A stretch of 64,000 nucleotides of DNA from Mustelus asterias (GCF_964213995.1 NW_027590204.1:434001-498000), one strand, 5' to 3'; positions 25,590 through 37,957 are shown, counted from the first letter of the stretch. The notes: generated from the letters alone by a model not told the origin. Numbers and translations: made by a program.

Positions 25590-25900
25590 TGGGGTGGCAC
25601 AGTGGCAAGCGCTGCTGTCTCACAGCGCCAGGGACTCAGGTTCAATTCTGGCCTCGGGTCACTGTCTGTGTGGACTTTGCATGTTCTCCCCATGTCTATG
25701 TGGGTTTCCTCCAGGTGCTCTGGTTTCCTCCCACAGTCCAAAGATGTGCGGGTTAGGTTAATTGGCTATGCTAAAATGCCCCTTAGTGTCAGGGTGAATA
25801 GTTGGGGTTATGGGGATAGTGCATGGGTCGGATTGTTGTTCGCGTAGGCTTAATGGGCTGAATGGCCTCCTTCCACACCGTAGGAATTCTACGAATCTAT
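25590..25900 (+). mobile_element. HE1-like V-SINE
   Basis: Head, core and tail present. Confidence 0.88.
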
Positions 25901-26521
25901 GAGCATAGGCTCTCCACCACAGTTCGGTCCTGGGTCTGATTGACAACAGAACAAACATCTACAGTTAGAAGTGAATGCATCAGGGTCTCAGCAGGCTTTA
26001 CCCATAGACAGAACAGTTAAACTGCCCCTCACCAATAAGAATGCTGACATTGATTTTAAAAGTTCAAAGCATTTGATCCAGAGTGTTAGCCACTGAGGAA
26101 AACTAAGGAAATCCCTTTGCACATGTGAAGTGTCTGAGTGTTGTCCCTCTAGTCTAACTGTGCTGTTCTATCAGTAAATGAGATAACTGAGTGAATCCAT
26201 GTGAAGGACAGTGTGTGTCAGAGTGCAGCAGTCCCTCAATGTCAGACTGCAGTGTCAGCCTAGATAATGTGCTCAGCTTGATGAGTATTTCCTGTTGTTA
26301 TTGATGTGAATCATTCAGAAACAATGGACTCTGATGATGTCATCCAGGCCTGCTGCAATGATGTCATAGAGACTATTACATCACAGCGGAGCCTTAGTGC
26401 TGAAAACAGTTTTGTTCCAGACGGCAGCAAGTCCATTACTGATAGATCTGGAAATGAAAATAGTGGGGATGAAAGCACCCCAAGTTATTTCAGAGAAGTT
26501 TCACAGTGAAAAAAGTAGCAT

Positions 26522-26857
26522 TAGTGGTTCGCATTGTTTCCTCACAGCACCAGGGCCCTGGTTTCAATTTTGGCCTCGGGTGACTATCTGTCTGGAGTTT
26601 GCATGTTATCCCCATGTCTGCATGGGTTTCCTCCGGGTGCTCCGGTCTACTCCCACAGTCCGAAGATGTGCAGGTTAGGTGGATTGGCCACGCTAAATTG
26701 ACCCGTAGTGTCCCAAGTTGTGCAGGTTAGATGGATTAGAAATGGTAAATGTGTTACAGGTATAGGGTGGGGGAGAGGGCCTGGGTAAGATTCTCTGTCA
26801 GAATGTTGGTACAGACTCTTTAGGACAAATGGCCTCTTCTGCACTGTAGGGATTCTG
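26522..26857 (+). mobile_element. HE1-like V-SINE
   Basis: Head, core and tail present. Confidence 0.85.
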
Positions 26858-26889
26858 AGTGACAGAGCATAATATTAGGATAGATGGGA

Positions 26890-28810
26890 AAAGCCTGATT
26901 GGAGAGGCAGATCTTGAATCAGGAGAGATGGACAGTTCAGCGAGAGAATTTCATAGTTTCACACCCAGGTCCTGCCACTAATGATGGAGTATTAAAATCA
27001 AGGATGCTCAAGAGGCCAGAATGAGAAGAGTGCAGATATCTCAGAGAATAGTGAAACTGGAGATTACTGAGATAGGGAGGTATAAGGTCATGGAGGAATT
27101 TGAAATCAAGGATGTGAATTTTAAAGTTGATGCACTACTTGACTTGAAGGTGATGTAGGTCAGTGAGCTCAGGGGGAATGGGTGAATTCACAATTCCGGG
27201 TGGGGTGAACGTGAGAGGCTGGTCAGGAATGTATTGGAATTGTCAAGTCTAAAGCTAACACGGGCATGGATGAGGGTTTCAGCAGCAGATGAGCTGAGGT
27301 GGGTGAAGACAGGTGACATTATGGAGATTGAAATATCTGGTATTGGTGATGGGGTGGATATGTGGTCAGAAACTCATCTTGGGGTCAAATCTGACACCGA
27401 GATTGTGAAGTGTGTGGTTCAGCCTCAGACAGTTCCCAGGGAGAGAGATGGACTATAAGATGTAGGAGCAGAAGGAGGCCATTTGGCCCATCAAGTTTGC
27501 TCTGCCATTCAATGAAATCATGACTGATCGCTTGTGATTATCCACAACTCCACTTTCTTGCCTTATCCCCATAACCCCTGATTCCCTTACTGATTAAGAA
27601 AAAAAAAATCGATCTCAGCCTTAGGCATACTTAATGACCCATTAAGCCCTCTGTGGTAAAGAATTCCACATATTCACGACATTCTGAGAAGAAATTCCTT
27701 CTCATTGCTGTCTTAATTGGATGACCCGTTACTCTGAGTAGTGAGGGAACAGAATTTTTAGTGATGACTGAAGACAGTGGCTTTGGTCTTTCCAATGTTT
27801 AACTGGAGGAAATTTCTGCTCATCCAGAACTGGATGTGGGATGAGCAGTTTGATAATTTAGTAACGGTGGAGGAATGGAGAGGGATGGGGGTGAGGTCGA
27901 GCTGGGTGTTGTCAGTGTACAGGTGAAAACCAACATGGTGCTTTTGGATGATGTCACCCAGTGGCAGCATGTGGATGGGAAATAGGAGGGGCCAAGGATA
28001 GATCCTCGGGGGACACCGAGTTCAGGGGTTTTGGAGAGGAAAAGGAGGTTGGAGATGGGGCAATAATTTGCAAAGATAGTGGGGTTTAGTGTTTTTTTAG
28101 GATGGGTGATGACGGTACATTTAAAGTGAGAGAAACAGTAAGAAATGGGAGAGAATTGTGAACAGTGTCAGCTAACATGGGGAAGTTGGATGGACAGCAG
28201 TTTTGTGAGAATGGAGTCCAGGGAGTTGAAGGCAGGTCTCATGGACAACATGAGCTCAGAGGGAGATAGGAGAGAAACTGGAGGAAGATAGAGCTCAGAC
28301 AAGGAGGAACTTCACAGACACTTTGGTCCGGTGGTCTGTGGAAGGGAAAGAAGCAGCAAAGGCAGCTGATTGGATTGGCTCAATCTTAGTCACAAGGAAC
28401 CATAGAATCTGCACAGTGCAGAAAGAGGCCTTTTGGCCCATCGTGTCTGCACTGACTCTGAAAAAGCATCCCACCCAAGCCTTCCCCTCCACTCCATCCC
28501 TGTAACCCCACATATTTACCATGGCTAATCCACCCAAATTACACATCTTTGGACACTTGGGTGCAATTTAGCATGGCTAATTCACCTAACCTGCACGTCT
28601 TCGGAGTGTGGGAGGAAACTCGAGAACCCGGAGGAAACCCACACAAACACGGGGAGAACGTGCAACCTCCACATGGTCACACAAGGCCAGAATCAAACCT
28701 GGGTCCCTGGCACTGAGGGAGCAGTGCTAAATACTGTGTCGCCTTATATGCCATGAGCTCCTCACACTTGTTGGAGGTGAGGATGGAGGTAACAGGGAGA
28801 GCCCTTTAAA
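26890..28810 (-). mobile_element. Old L2-like LINE, fragmented, with nested CR1 tail (~27453-27740) and HE1 SINE (~28401-28743)
   Basis: MLPLGDIIQKH..FHLYTDNTQL..WMSRNFLQLNIGKT is a decayed L2 YADDTQLY region. Confidence 0.75.
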
Positions 28811-29974
28811 AGGAAATAATTTGTGATAGAGATATTAAAAAAGATTTGATACACCTTGTTGAATACAAAGCTGATTTATTTGACTTTTATCTCGAATATT
28901 AACTCCTATAACTAAGCTGGCGTTTACTTAATGTTAAGGGCCCGGTTTATGCTCAATATTGTGCTGTCTGTGGTTGGGGAGGATGCAGAGATGGGAACAA
29001 TTCAAGAGGTCCACACAAGATTGAATAAAAACAGCATTGAGACTGGTTTATTTTTCGGTGTGCATTCTGCAGGCTTAAATTCCCCAACTACTGGCAGTCT
29101 GCAGAGACCTGATGATGTCACAGAGTGATCACATGACTGTCATCTTAAAGGGGCCATGCCACACACAGCAATACCCCAAATACACAACAGCAAATCTGAG
29201 TTTGCAATTTATATTGCATGAGGAGAGGTTGTGAAATCTGGAAATTATGTCCCAGACTTCTTGTGATGGTTTTATAGCAATCAAAATGTTAATTAAGAAA
29301 TGGGGGAAAAAAAACAAATGAAATAGAATTACACTTAAAATAATACAATGGCTTCACACAATATCAATACTTTAAACAGTTCAATCTGTCCAGCAACACC
29401 TTATAGATTTTAAGATCTATAAAAATCCAGTAACTTTTTATTTTAACCACTCAGTGCCTTTACTCCTGTTGGTATTGCTTCTGAGGTTAACAGCAGTTGG
29501 CTTTTCAAATCCGGCCTCCTTCACACTGCTTTCTGGGAGTTAACCAACTATTACTGCTGTTGACCGAGACCTGAAACAACTCCCTTCATAGGTTTCAGTT
29601 TCCCATTAACTCTGTTCTTTCCTTTCATCTCTCTATTCGCACCCAATTTCCTCACAACTAATCTCTCCCAGAATTGATAAACATCATCTCTTTATTTTAA
29701 CATCGATAATATAAAAGGAAAGTAAATTCACTTTAATCATACTTTACTCATGACAGCTTTGTGGCACAGCATGCATCTATTATATTTTGATCACTAAGCG
29801 CCCATTCAGATCTATTTCTGTTCTGTACCCACCCCTACTAAACTGTTTTGGGTAAGCACCTGTTTGAGGTCTTGCTGGGCTCATTAACACATCAAACTCT
29901 CAGTTTAAATTCACACGGCCACTCTGTTTCCTGCTGTAATTACCACTCTGACACTTCATCAGTTTAAAAAAATG

Positions 29975-30725
29975 AGCAATGCCAGGCAATGGCCATCACC
30001 AATAAGAGACACTGTAACCACCGCCCCATGACATCCAATGGTGTTACCATCACTGAATCCCCCACTGTCAACATCCTTGGGGTTACCATTGACCAAAACC
30101 TCAACTGGACTCACCACATAAACACAGTGGCTACAAGAGCAGGTCAGAAGCTTGGAATACTGCGGCAAGTAACTCACCTCCTGACTCCCCAGAACCTACC
30201 CACAAGGCACAAGTCAGGAGTGTGATGGAATACTCCCCATTTGCCTGGATGGGTGCAGCTCCAACAACACTCAAGAAGCTTGACACCATCCAGGGCAAAG
30301 CAGCCTGCTTGGTTGGCATCACATCCACAAACATTCACTCCCTCCACCACTGATGCTCTGTAGCAGCAGTGTGTACTATCTACAAGATGCACTGCAACAA
30401 TTCACCAAAGATCCTTAGACAGCACCTTCCAAACACACGACCACTTCCATCTAGAAGGATAAGGGCAGCAGATAAATGGGAACACAAACACATGCAAGTT
30501 CCCCTCCAAGCCACTCACCATCCTGACTTGGAGATTTATCGCCGTTCCTTCACAGTCACTGGGTCAAAATCCTGGAATTCCCTCCCTAACGGCATTGTGG
30601 GTCAACCTATAGAACATGAACTGCAGCGATTCAAGAGGCAGCTCACCAGCACCTTCTCAAGGGCAATGGGGGATGGGCAATACATGCCGGCCAGCCAGCG
30701 ACGCCCATGTCCCAGGAATGAATAA
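29975..30725 (+). mobile_element. Distinct CR1/L2-superclade LINE 3' end
   Basis: ILGVTIDQNLNWTHHI..RAGQKLGILR, SWNSLP; 3'UTR GGGGATGGGCAATA..GCCAGCGACGCCCA; related pieces at ~14600-14745 and ~48770-48950. Confidence 0.75.
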
Positions 30726-30921
30726 ATTTGGAGACAGTTTTATCCGGTGAGCTCGAGGAAGGGAGAGAAGCAGCAGCTGATTAGATTGTTTCAATCTTAG
30801 TGACAAAGAAACTCCATGAGCTCCTCACACCTTATAACTGGGTTGGAGTTTATGAACATCAGTAGCAACAGACCTCAATGAAGCTGGTTCAGTCCACGAT
30901 GTGACGAACAGCAACATCCAA

Positions 30922-31740
30922 TCACTGAGATTTCTTGTGAATTTGCTGGTGCATTAGCAGGTTGGATAACTGAGTGAATCCCTTTCCACACACGGAGCAG
31001 GGGAATGGCTTCTCCCCAGTGTGAATTCGCAGGTGTACAGTAAGGTCAGATGATCGTCTGAACCCAGTCCCACACTGAGAGCACCTGAACGGTCTCACGT
31101 CAGTGTGAACACGTTGATGGGACAGTAGTTCCCCAGAACTTTTATAGCACTTCCCACAGTCTGGACACCTGAAAGGTCTCTCACCAGTGTGAACTCGTTG
31201 GTGTACAGTGAGGTCAGATGATCGTCTGAATCCAGTCCCACAGTGAGAACACCTAAAGGGTCTCTCATCAGTGTGAATGCGTTGATGGGATATCAGTTCC
31301 CCAGAACTTTTATAACACTTTTCGCAGTCTGAACATTGGAACGGTCTCTCCCCAGTGTGAACTCGCTGGTGTCTCAGCAGATTGGAGGAGTGAGCAAATC
31401 CCTTCCCACACTGGGAGCAAGTGAACGGCCTCTCACCTGCATGAATGTGTTGGTGTGTCTGCAAGTGGTATGAGTGTGTGAATCCCTTCCCACACTGGGA
31501 GCAGGTGAACGGTCTCTCCCCAATGTGAGTTCGTTGATGAATTTCCAACTTAGATGGGTAATCGAACCCTTTCCCACAGTCCCCACATTTCCATGGTTTC
31601 TCCCCATTGCGACGGCATTTATGTTCTGACAGGCCAGATGATCGACTGAAGCCGCGTCCACACACAGAACATGTGTACGGTTTCTCCCCAGTGTGAACAG
31701 TGTTTTTTCCTTCCATCTTCAAAATCTGATGATATTCCAT
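30922..31740 (-). CDS. C2H2 ZNF protein, 272 aa, 8 canonical fingers plus 1 atypical
   Basis: Open frame with [16 protein letters not shown]; family acceptor near 31825. Confidence 0.88.
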   Translation of the reverse strand: MEYHQILKMEGKNTVHTGEKPYTCSVCGRGFSRSSGLSEHKCRRNGEKPWKCGDCGKGFDYPSKLEIHQRTHIGERPFTCSQCGKGFTHSYHLQTHQHIHAGERPFTCSQCGKGFAHSSNLLRHQRVHTGERPFQCSDCEKCYKSSGELISHQRIHTDERPFRCSHCGTGFRRSSDLTVHQRVHTGERPFRCPDCGKCYKSSGELLSHQRVHTDVRPFRCSQCGTGFRRSSDLTVHLRIHTGEKPFPCSVCGKGFTQLSNLLMHQQIHKKSQ

Positions 31741-32024
31741 TTACGATAAAATCTGTCTGTCTTAGATCCTGATGCGATGTTTGGTTTCAATTTCCCAATT
31801 CCAAATCCTCTCCTTCTAACATCCTGTGAAATAGATTTAAAACAGCAAAATAGGAGTGAGAGAGAACCCACAAAAACTCAAAGGCAGATTGTGAAAGTGA
31901 GCTGAATGAATCAATCTGAGGTTGATTGGCCATTTGTGGGGCCGGAATGAGGAACAAGTGACCATGGAAAACTGCTGGATTGTCATAAAAACCCAACTGG
32001 TTCACCTTTATGGGAGGAGCAAAG

Positions 32025-32545
32025 AGGGAGGGAGAGAGTTTGTGTTTGAGGGAGAGCGGGTGTGAGAGGGAGAGCGCGCATGTGAGAGAGCGGGAGAGTG
32101 TGTGTGAGAGAGCGGGAGAGTGCGTCTGAGAGAGGGGGAGAGTGCGTCTGAGAGAGGGGGAGAGTGCGTCTGAGAGAGGGGGAGAGTGCGTGTGAGAGAG
32201 GGGGGGAGTGCGTGTGAGAGAGGGAAGGTGTGTGTGTGAGGGAAGGTGTGTGTGAGAGGGAAGGTGTGTGAGAAAGGGAAGGTGTGTGTGAGAGGGAAGG
32301 TGTGTGAGAGAGGGAAGGTGTGTGAGAGAGGGAAGGTGTGTGTGTGAGGGAAGGTGTGTGTGAGAGGGAAGGTGTGTGAGAAAGGGAAGGTGTGTGAGAG
32401 AGGGAAGGTGTGTGAGAGAGAGGGAAGGTGTGTGAGAGAGAGGGAAGGTGTGTGTGAGAGGGAAGGTATGTGTGAGAGTGTGTGATAATGTTTGTGTGAG
32501 GGAGAGAGAATGTGAGAGAGAGAGTGTGGGTGTGTGTGAGACAGA
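32025..32545. repeat. Compound GA/GT-rich minisatellite (GAGAGGGAAGGTGTGT-type and 22-bp GAGTGCGTCTGAGAGAGGGGGA units)
   Basis: Tandem units visible directly. Confidence 0.95.
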
Positions 32546-32825
32546 CAATAGATAGGCGGTGATAGAAAGGGATTGAATACATGCACAGCTGGGGTTTTCG
32601 CCCCTCCCCCATGGGCATTTTGCATTGATCGCTGGCCGTGCTGCTGGGAAACTGCCTCGGGCGGTCACCATCAGCTGGAATGGAAGATCCCACTCGTGGA
32701 AGGGCTGCAAATTCAGTCTCGCAACTAAACCACAACATTAACAGAATCTCCCAACAGACAGAGAAAAATCTCCTCGTTGAGGAAATCCCCAGGGAGCGGG
32801 GATGATGTCACCACACAATGTGAGC

Positions 32826-33197
32826 GTGGTACTGTGGTTAGCATTGCTACCTTACAGCGCCAGGGACCCGGGTTCGATTCTGGCCTTGGGTGGCAGTCTG
32901 TACGGAATTTGCACATTGTCACCATGTCTGCCTGGGTTTCCTCCAGGTGCTCTGGTTTCATCCCACAGTCCAAAGATGTGCAGGTTAGGGGGATTGGCCA
33001 TGCTAAACTGCCCCTTAGTTTCCAAAGATGTGTAGGTTAGGTGGAGCGGCCATGGTAAAATTGTCCCCATGTCCCAAGATCTGCAGGTTAGGCAGATTAG
33101 CGGGGTAAATATGTGTAGTTAGGAGGGTTGCGCCTGGGGAAGATGCTCTGTCAGAGAGTCAGTGCAGACTTCATGGGCCAAATGGCCTCCTACTGCA
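32826..33197 (+). mobile_element. HE1-like V-SINE with internal duplication
   Basis: Head and core, repeated AAGATGTG.AGGTTAGG segment, tail. Confidence 0.85.
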
Positions 33198-33452
33198 CAG
33201 ACAGGAACACAGAACATCTGGATCTGTGCAAAGCAGTGATCACCGCACATTATGGAGGATGTGAGGCTCCTCGACAGGGTGCCGAGGAGATTTACCAGAA
33301 TGGTTCCAGGGATGAGGGATTATAGTTACGATGTTAGGCTGGAGAAACTGGGGTTATTGTCCTTGGAGCAAAAGAGATTGATAGAGCTGTACAAGTTTAT
33401 GATTGGTCTAAGATAAGGTAGCTAAAGAAAAGCTGTTCCTATCAGCTGATTT

Positions 33453-33982
33453 GGGTGGCACAGTGGTACAAGTAAAGTGAAGTTTATTTATTAGTCACAA
33501 GTAAGGCTTACATTAACAATGCAGTGAAGTTACAGTTAAATTCCTCTAGTCATCACACTCCAGCACCTGTTCAGGTCAATGCACCTAACCAGCACGTCTT
33601 TCAGACTGTGGGAGGAAACCGGAGCACCCGGGTCTCTGGCGCCGTGAGGCAGTAGTGCTAACCACCGTGCCACTAACAGTGGTTAGCACTGATGTCTCAC
33701 AGCTCCAGGGACCGGGGTTCGATTCCCGGCTTGGGTCACTGTCTGTGTGGAGTTTGCACATTCTCCTTGTGTCTGCATGGGTTTCCTCCGGGTGCTCCGG
33801 TTTCCTCCCACAGTCCAAAGATGTGTGGGTTAAGTTGATTGGCCCTTGGTGTCCCCGGATGCGTAGGTTAGAGGGATTAGCAGGGTAAATAGGTGGGGTT
33901 GCAAGGATGGGGCCTGGGTGGAATTGTTGTCGGCGCAGACTCAATGGGCCGAATGTACTCCTTCTGCACTGGAGGATTTCTG
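33453..33982 (+). mobile_element. HE1-like SINE interrupted in its head by an antisense V-SINE with a different tail (~33470-33672)
   Basis: GGGTGGCACAGTGGT, then insert, then ACAGTGGTTAGCAC resumes (ACAGTGGT repeated on both sides). Confidence 0.75.
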
Positions 33983-34479
33983 TGATTGCAAAAGAATTAA
34001 GGGGCACAGATTTAAGATTTTGAGCAAAATCTACAGGGCAATATGAGGAAGAAATTTTACACCATGAGGGGTAATGACTTGGAACTCAATGCTTACGTTC
34101 AAATGATGACTACATCCAGGTCCTGATGAGTTGAGTAACAATGTCAGTTTTTGATGTGACGTTTCATTTGAGATTTGTGTCTGCAAATCCTCTTCTAATA
34201 CCTGAAAATGAAATGTACAAAGGGCATCACTGTCAGTCGAAAAATGAAATTCAATAAGAAGTTGTCCAGGACAACGACTCAGGCTCCCTGCTGCACTTTT
34301 CCCTTTGTCATTGTCAGCAGTCCCTCGATTCGACGACGATGTCTCCTCAGGGTCGCGAGTTTCTGCCATGGATCTTCATGTGACTGAACTGAGCCCACAG
34401 ATCTTCGGGCCAATGGGAAAGACATCCCATGATATTGTGGGATCTGGAAAGCAGAATGTATTTCCCTTTCCAAAAGAGG

Positions 34480-34567
34480 AAATGCTGGAAAATCTCTGCA
34501 GGTCTGGCAGCATCTGTAAGGAGAGAAAAGAGCTGACGTTGAGGCCAGATGACCCTTTGTCAAAGCT
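34480..34567 (-). mobile_element. Short non-autonomous element with degenerate hammerhead-like motif (family B)
   Basis: AATGCTGGAAAATCTC.GCAGGTCTGGCAGCATCTG..GATGACCCTTTGTCAAAGCT; copies at 35515-35607 and 54543-54728. Confidence 0.65.
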
Positions 34568-34714
34568 ATTTCCCTTTCTTTCCTTCTCTGCCACCGCTCT
34601 GCCTCATCAATAAGACATTGGGACTCAGAGGGTTGATGCAGTTTGATGGACAAGTTGTCTCCATTCTGAACAATGGGGAACAAGCTCCTCCCACTCATTG
34701 ACAATATTACCCCC

Positions 34715-35130
34715 GAAAACGATGGCGGCTGCGCATGCGCCTTGTTGCATATTGCCCCCAATAAAGATGGCGGCCTTGAACGCGGCCCGAACATGAGGTG
34801 CTGCGGTACCGCTCGGTACAAACTGGGTCCGCGAAGCTCTTTACCGAGGTTCACGGCTGACACAACCTGCTTACGCAGCGTTTCCGTCCACCCGCGAGAT
34901 CCCTCGCCCCCTCCGTACCGTCAATCACCGCTAACCGATCTCCGAGCCGAAAAAACAGCCCGTCTCCGTCGCCATTACCCACAATGCGCATGCTCCAGTC
35001 AGAGCGGGCTCCGCCCCTCATTCACTGTGATTGGTTGGAGGACCAGCCTCTCCCGCTCGGACCTCCAACCGTGCCCCTCCTCTTCCCATTGGTCCGCGCT
35101 GCCGTCAATCAGCCGGGCATTGTGACGGTG
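34715..35130. promoter_or_regulatory. CpG-island promoter/exon 1 (probably for ZNF at 30.9-31.7k)
   Basis: GATGGCGGC twice, GCGCATGCGC, GC-box/ATTGG unit shared with 12.3k; minus-strand donor C|GTAAGC near 34874. Confidence 0.65.
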
Positions 35131-35741
35131 ACTTGCTGCTTGTCCAATAATAAGTGAGAGCGTCTCAGTGTGACAATGACACACAGACTCTTTTTTTTAA
35201 TACTTTTCCAATTCAATCAAATCAAATCCAATTCAGAGTCTCAACAAGTTGAGACATTTCAGATCCAGGCTGACAAGACAGGACGGGAGACCAAAACCAC
35301 CCTGTCCTGGGCCTGATCTACATGAGTCAAGCTGATTGGAGAAGGGGGAGGATCCTCCTCCAAGACTTGAGCTCATAATCAGAGTGGGGAATGGAGCACA
35401 GAGACAACACAGCAAAGCACTGACTTACTCTGAGTGTAACAATGACACACACAGGCTCCAATACAATCAGAGTGGGGATGGAGCACAGAGACAACACAGC
35501 AAGGCACTGACTTCAAAACAGAAAATGCTGCAAAACCTCAGCAAGTCTGTCAGCAACTGTGGAGAGAGATTCCAGCCAACGTTTCGAGTCTGGATGACCC
35601 TTTGTCATGGATTGGCTTGACTTATTTTGGGTTGACTGACTCTGAGTGTAACAAACACAGTGTTTATTCCAATAATAAGAGTCAGGCTGCAGTGTGTAGT
35701 GAACACAGTATTGGATCCAATGTAATGATAGTACAGAGGGT

Positions 35742-36018
35742 ATAGAATCCCTACAGTGCAGAAGGAGGTCATTGAGCCTATACCAACAATGATCCCACCC
35801 AGTCCTGTACCCGTAACCATGTAGTTATCCTGCTAATCCCCGATACTAAGGGCCAATCAATCTAATCTGCACATTTTTGGAGTGTGGGAGGAAACAAGAG
35901 CACCCAGAGGAAACCCACACAGACACAGGGGGAATGTGCAGACTCCACACAGTCAGCTGAGGCACGAATTGAACCCGGGTTCCTGGCGCTGTGAGGCAGC
36001 AATGCTGACCACTGTGCT
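35742..36018 (-). mobile_element. HE1-like V-SINE
   Basis: Reverse-complement head, core and tail. Confidence 0.85.
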
Positions 36019-37957
36019 GCCAGGCTGCCTGTGTTTTAAGAAATCTCATTAAAATCTGTAACTCAGATGGGGATATGGGTTGGTGTTTGGTGGGAATCAG
36101 ATTTACAGAATTTCAGAATGGATTCCTGTAATAGCAGCAATCCAATTGCTATATGTTGGTAAGACTGAGGGAAGTATTTAAAGTGGAGACCATAGATGTG
36201 TTATCAAGGGTAATGTACTGATGGACTTTATGAACTGAGAAAATATTGAGAGCAAAGAAATCAATCTCGAAAATTGTAGTCACTTCACGTTGTTCCAGGA
36301 GAAGTGGCGTCTGGTTGTGGAGATGTCAGGTTTTACACAGCACATGGTCATTCTGAATGGAGAATCTCTGAGTTGTACAATTCACATCATTCAGGGGCCA
36401 GATTGTCTGCTCAGAAAGAGGAAGGTTTCTGTGACACCAATGAAAAGCAACACACACACTCACAGACACCCTCACACACAGAGTCTCACACCCTGCAAAT
36501 TATCTCCTGTCACTTTATTGTTTTTAGTCGTTTTGAAATAAATCCTGAATGAACTATAAAATCATTCATAAGTACTTGTTGAGATTCCCCTGAAAGACAT
36601 CTGTACTGTTCATTTCACTCCCTGTAGTTGTGATTTACATATTCTCGCCACTCTTTGTGTAGAGAAATTTATCCTGGATTTCCGATTGGATTTCTTAGTG
36701 ACTGTTTCATATTGATTGTCTCCAGTTTCCCAGTAACTTCATTGCAGTGTTAATCTAAGCCTACTTGTGACTAATAAATAAACTTTACTTTTTGCTCTTC
36801 CCCACAAGAGGAAACACTATTTCTGTATCTAAACCTTTTATAATTTTAGGACCTCTGCTCAGGTTACCCCTCAGCCTTCATTTCTCAAGAAAGAAGAACT
36901 AGCCTGTCAATCCTTTCCTGATAAAAAAACCACACACGATTTGAAAATCATTTCTGGGATGTGGGCATTGCTGGCTTGGCCAGCATTTATGGCTAATCCC
37001 TGATTGCCCTTGAGAAGGTGGTGGTGAGCTGCCTTCTACATTAAAATCTCATCATTAAAATCTTCTCTGCACGCTTTCCAGTGCCTGGATATTTTTTTAA
37101 TAATACGGTGACCAGAATGGTATGCAGTGGTCAGTAAGATTCTTGATCAGAGAGTCACAGATTTTCCAAAAGTGGTTTGAGCTTATCCATGGTTTTAAAT
37201 TAGATTATTAGGAAGCAACAATTAAAAAATGATGCATAATAAACAGGGGAAAAAAAACAAGACCCATGGCAGGTGAGTAACCGAGGCCCCAGCACTGATC
37301 CTGCGTTACCCAAATAGTCACTGCCTGCCAGTTGGAAAAAGACCCGTTTAATCCGACTCTTTGTCTCCTGTCTGCCAATCAGTTTTCTACCCATCTCAGT
37401 ACAATAGCCCCAATCCCATGTGCTTTACTTTTTGTGAAGAAGTTGCCAAGTTGGCGGATGACGGGAATTGGGTTCACGTTATCTATCTCAGGACATAATC
37501 ATCAACAACTTGTATTTACACAGAGTGTTGTGGGGCTGGAGGAGGTTACTGAGATACTGAGGAACTTTGTTGTATTCATTTTTACGGGATGTAGACGTCA
37601 CTTGCTGGGCCAGAATTTCTTGCCCATCCCTAACTGCCCTCCATTTCAGAGGGCATTTGAGAGTCACATGTAGGCCTGACCAAGTAAGGACGGCAGGTTT
37701 CCTTTTCTAAAGGACGTTACTGAACCAAATGGGTTTTTACGACAATTGATTAAAGGTTAAGGTTTGTCATTAGACTTTTAATCCAAGATTTTAATTGAAT
37801 ACAAATTTCACCATCGACTGTGGTGGGATTCGAACCTGGGTCCCCAGAGCCTTACCCTGAGTCCAGTGATAATTCCACTGTGCCACTGCCTCCCCTATTC
37901 ATCCAATTGTTATTGTTTATCTCAGGGCGCAGAAACAACAGAATCCAACTTTGCCGG

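Noticed and set aside
28932-29168. Solo LTR (TG..CA, antisense AATAAA)
   Set aside because: No matching target-site duplication or second copy in the window; unresolved
31787-32738. His/Thr/Pro/Ser-rich proteins (ORFs of 307, 251 and 205 aa)
   Set aside because: Frames stay open only because the minisatellite lacks stop codons
32590-32750. Non-autonomous DNA transposon fragment (also ~62642-62760)
   Set aside because: Only vague resemblance; no paired terminal repeats or TSD found
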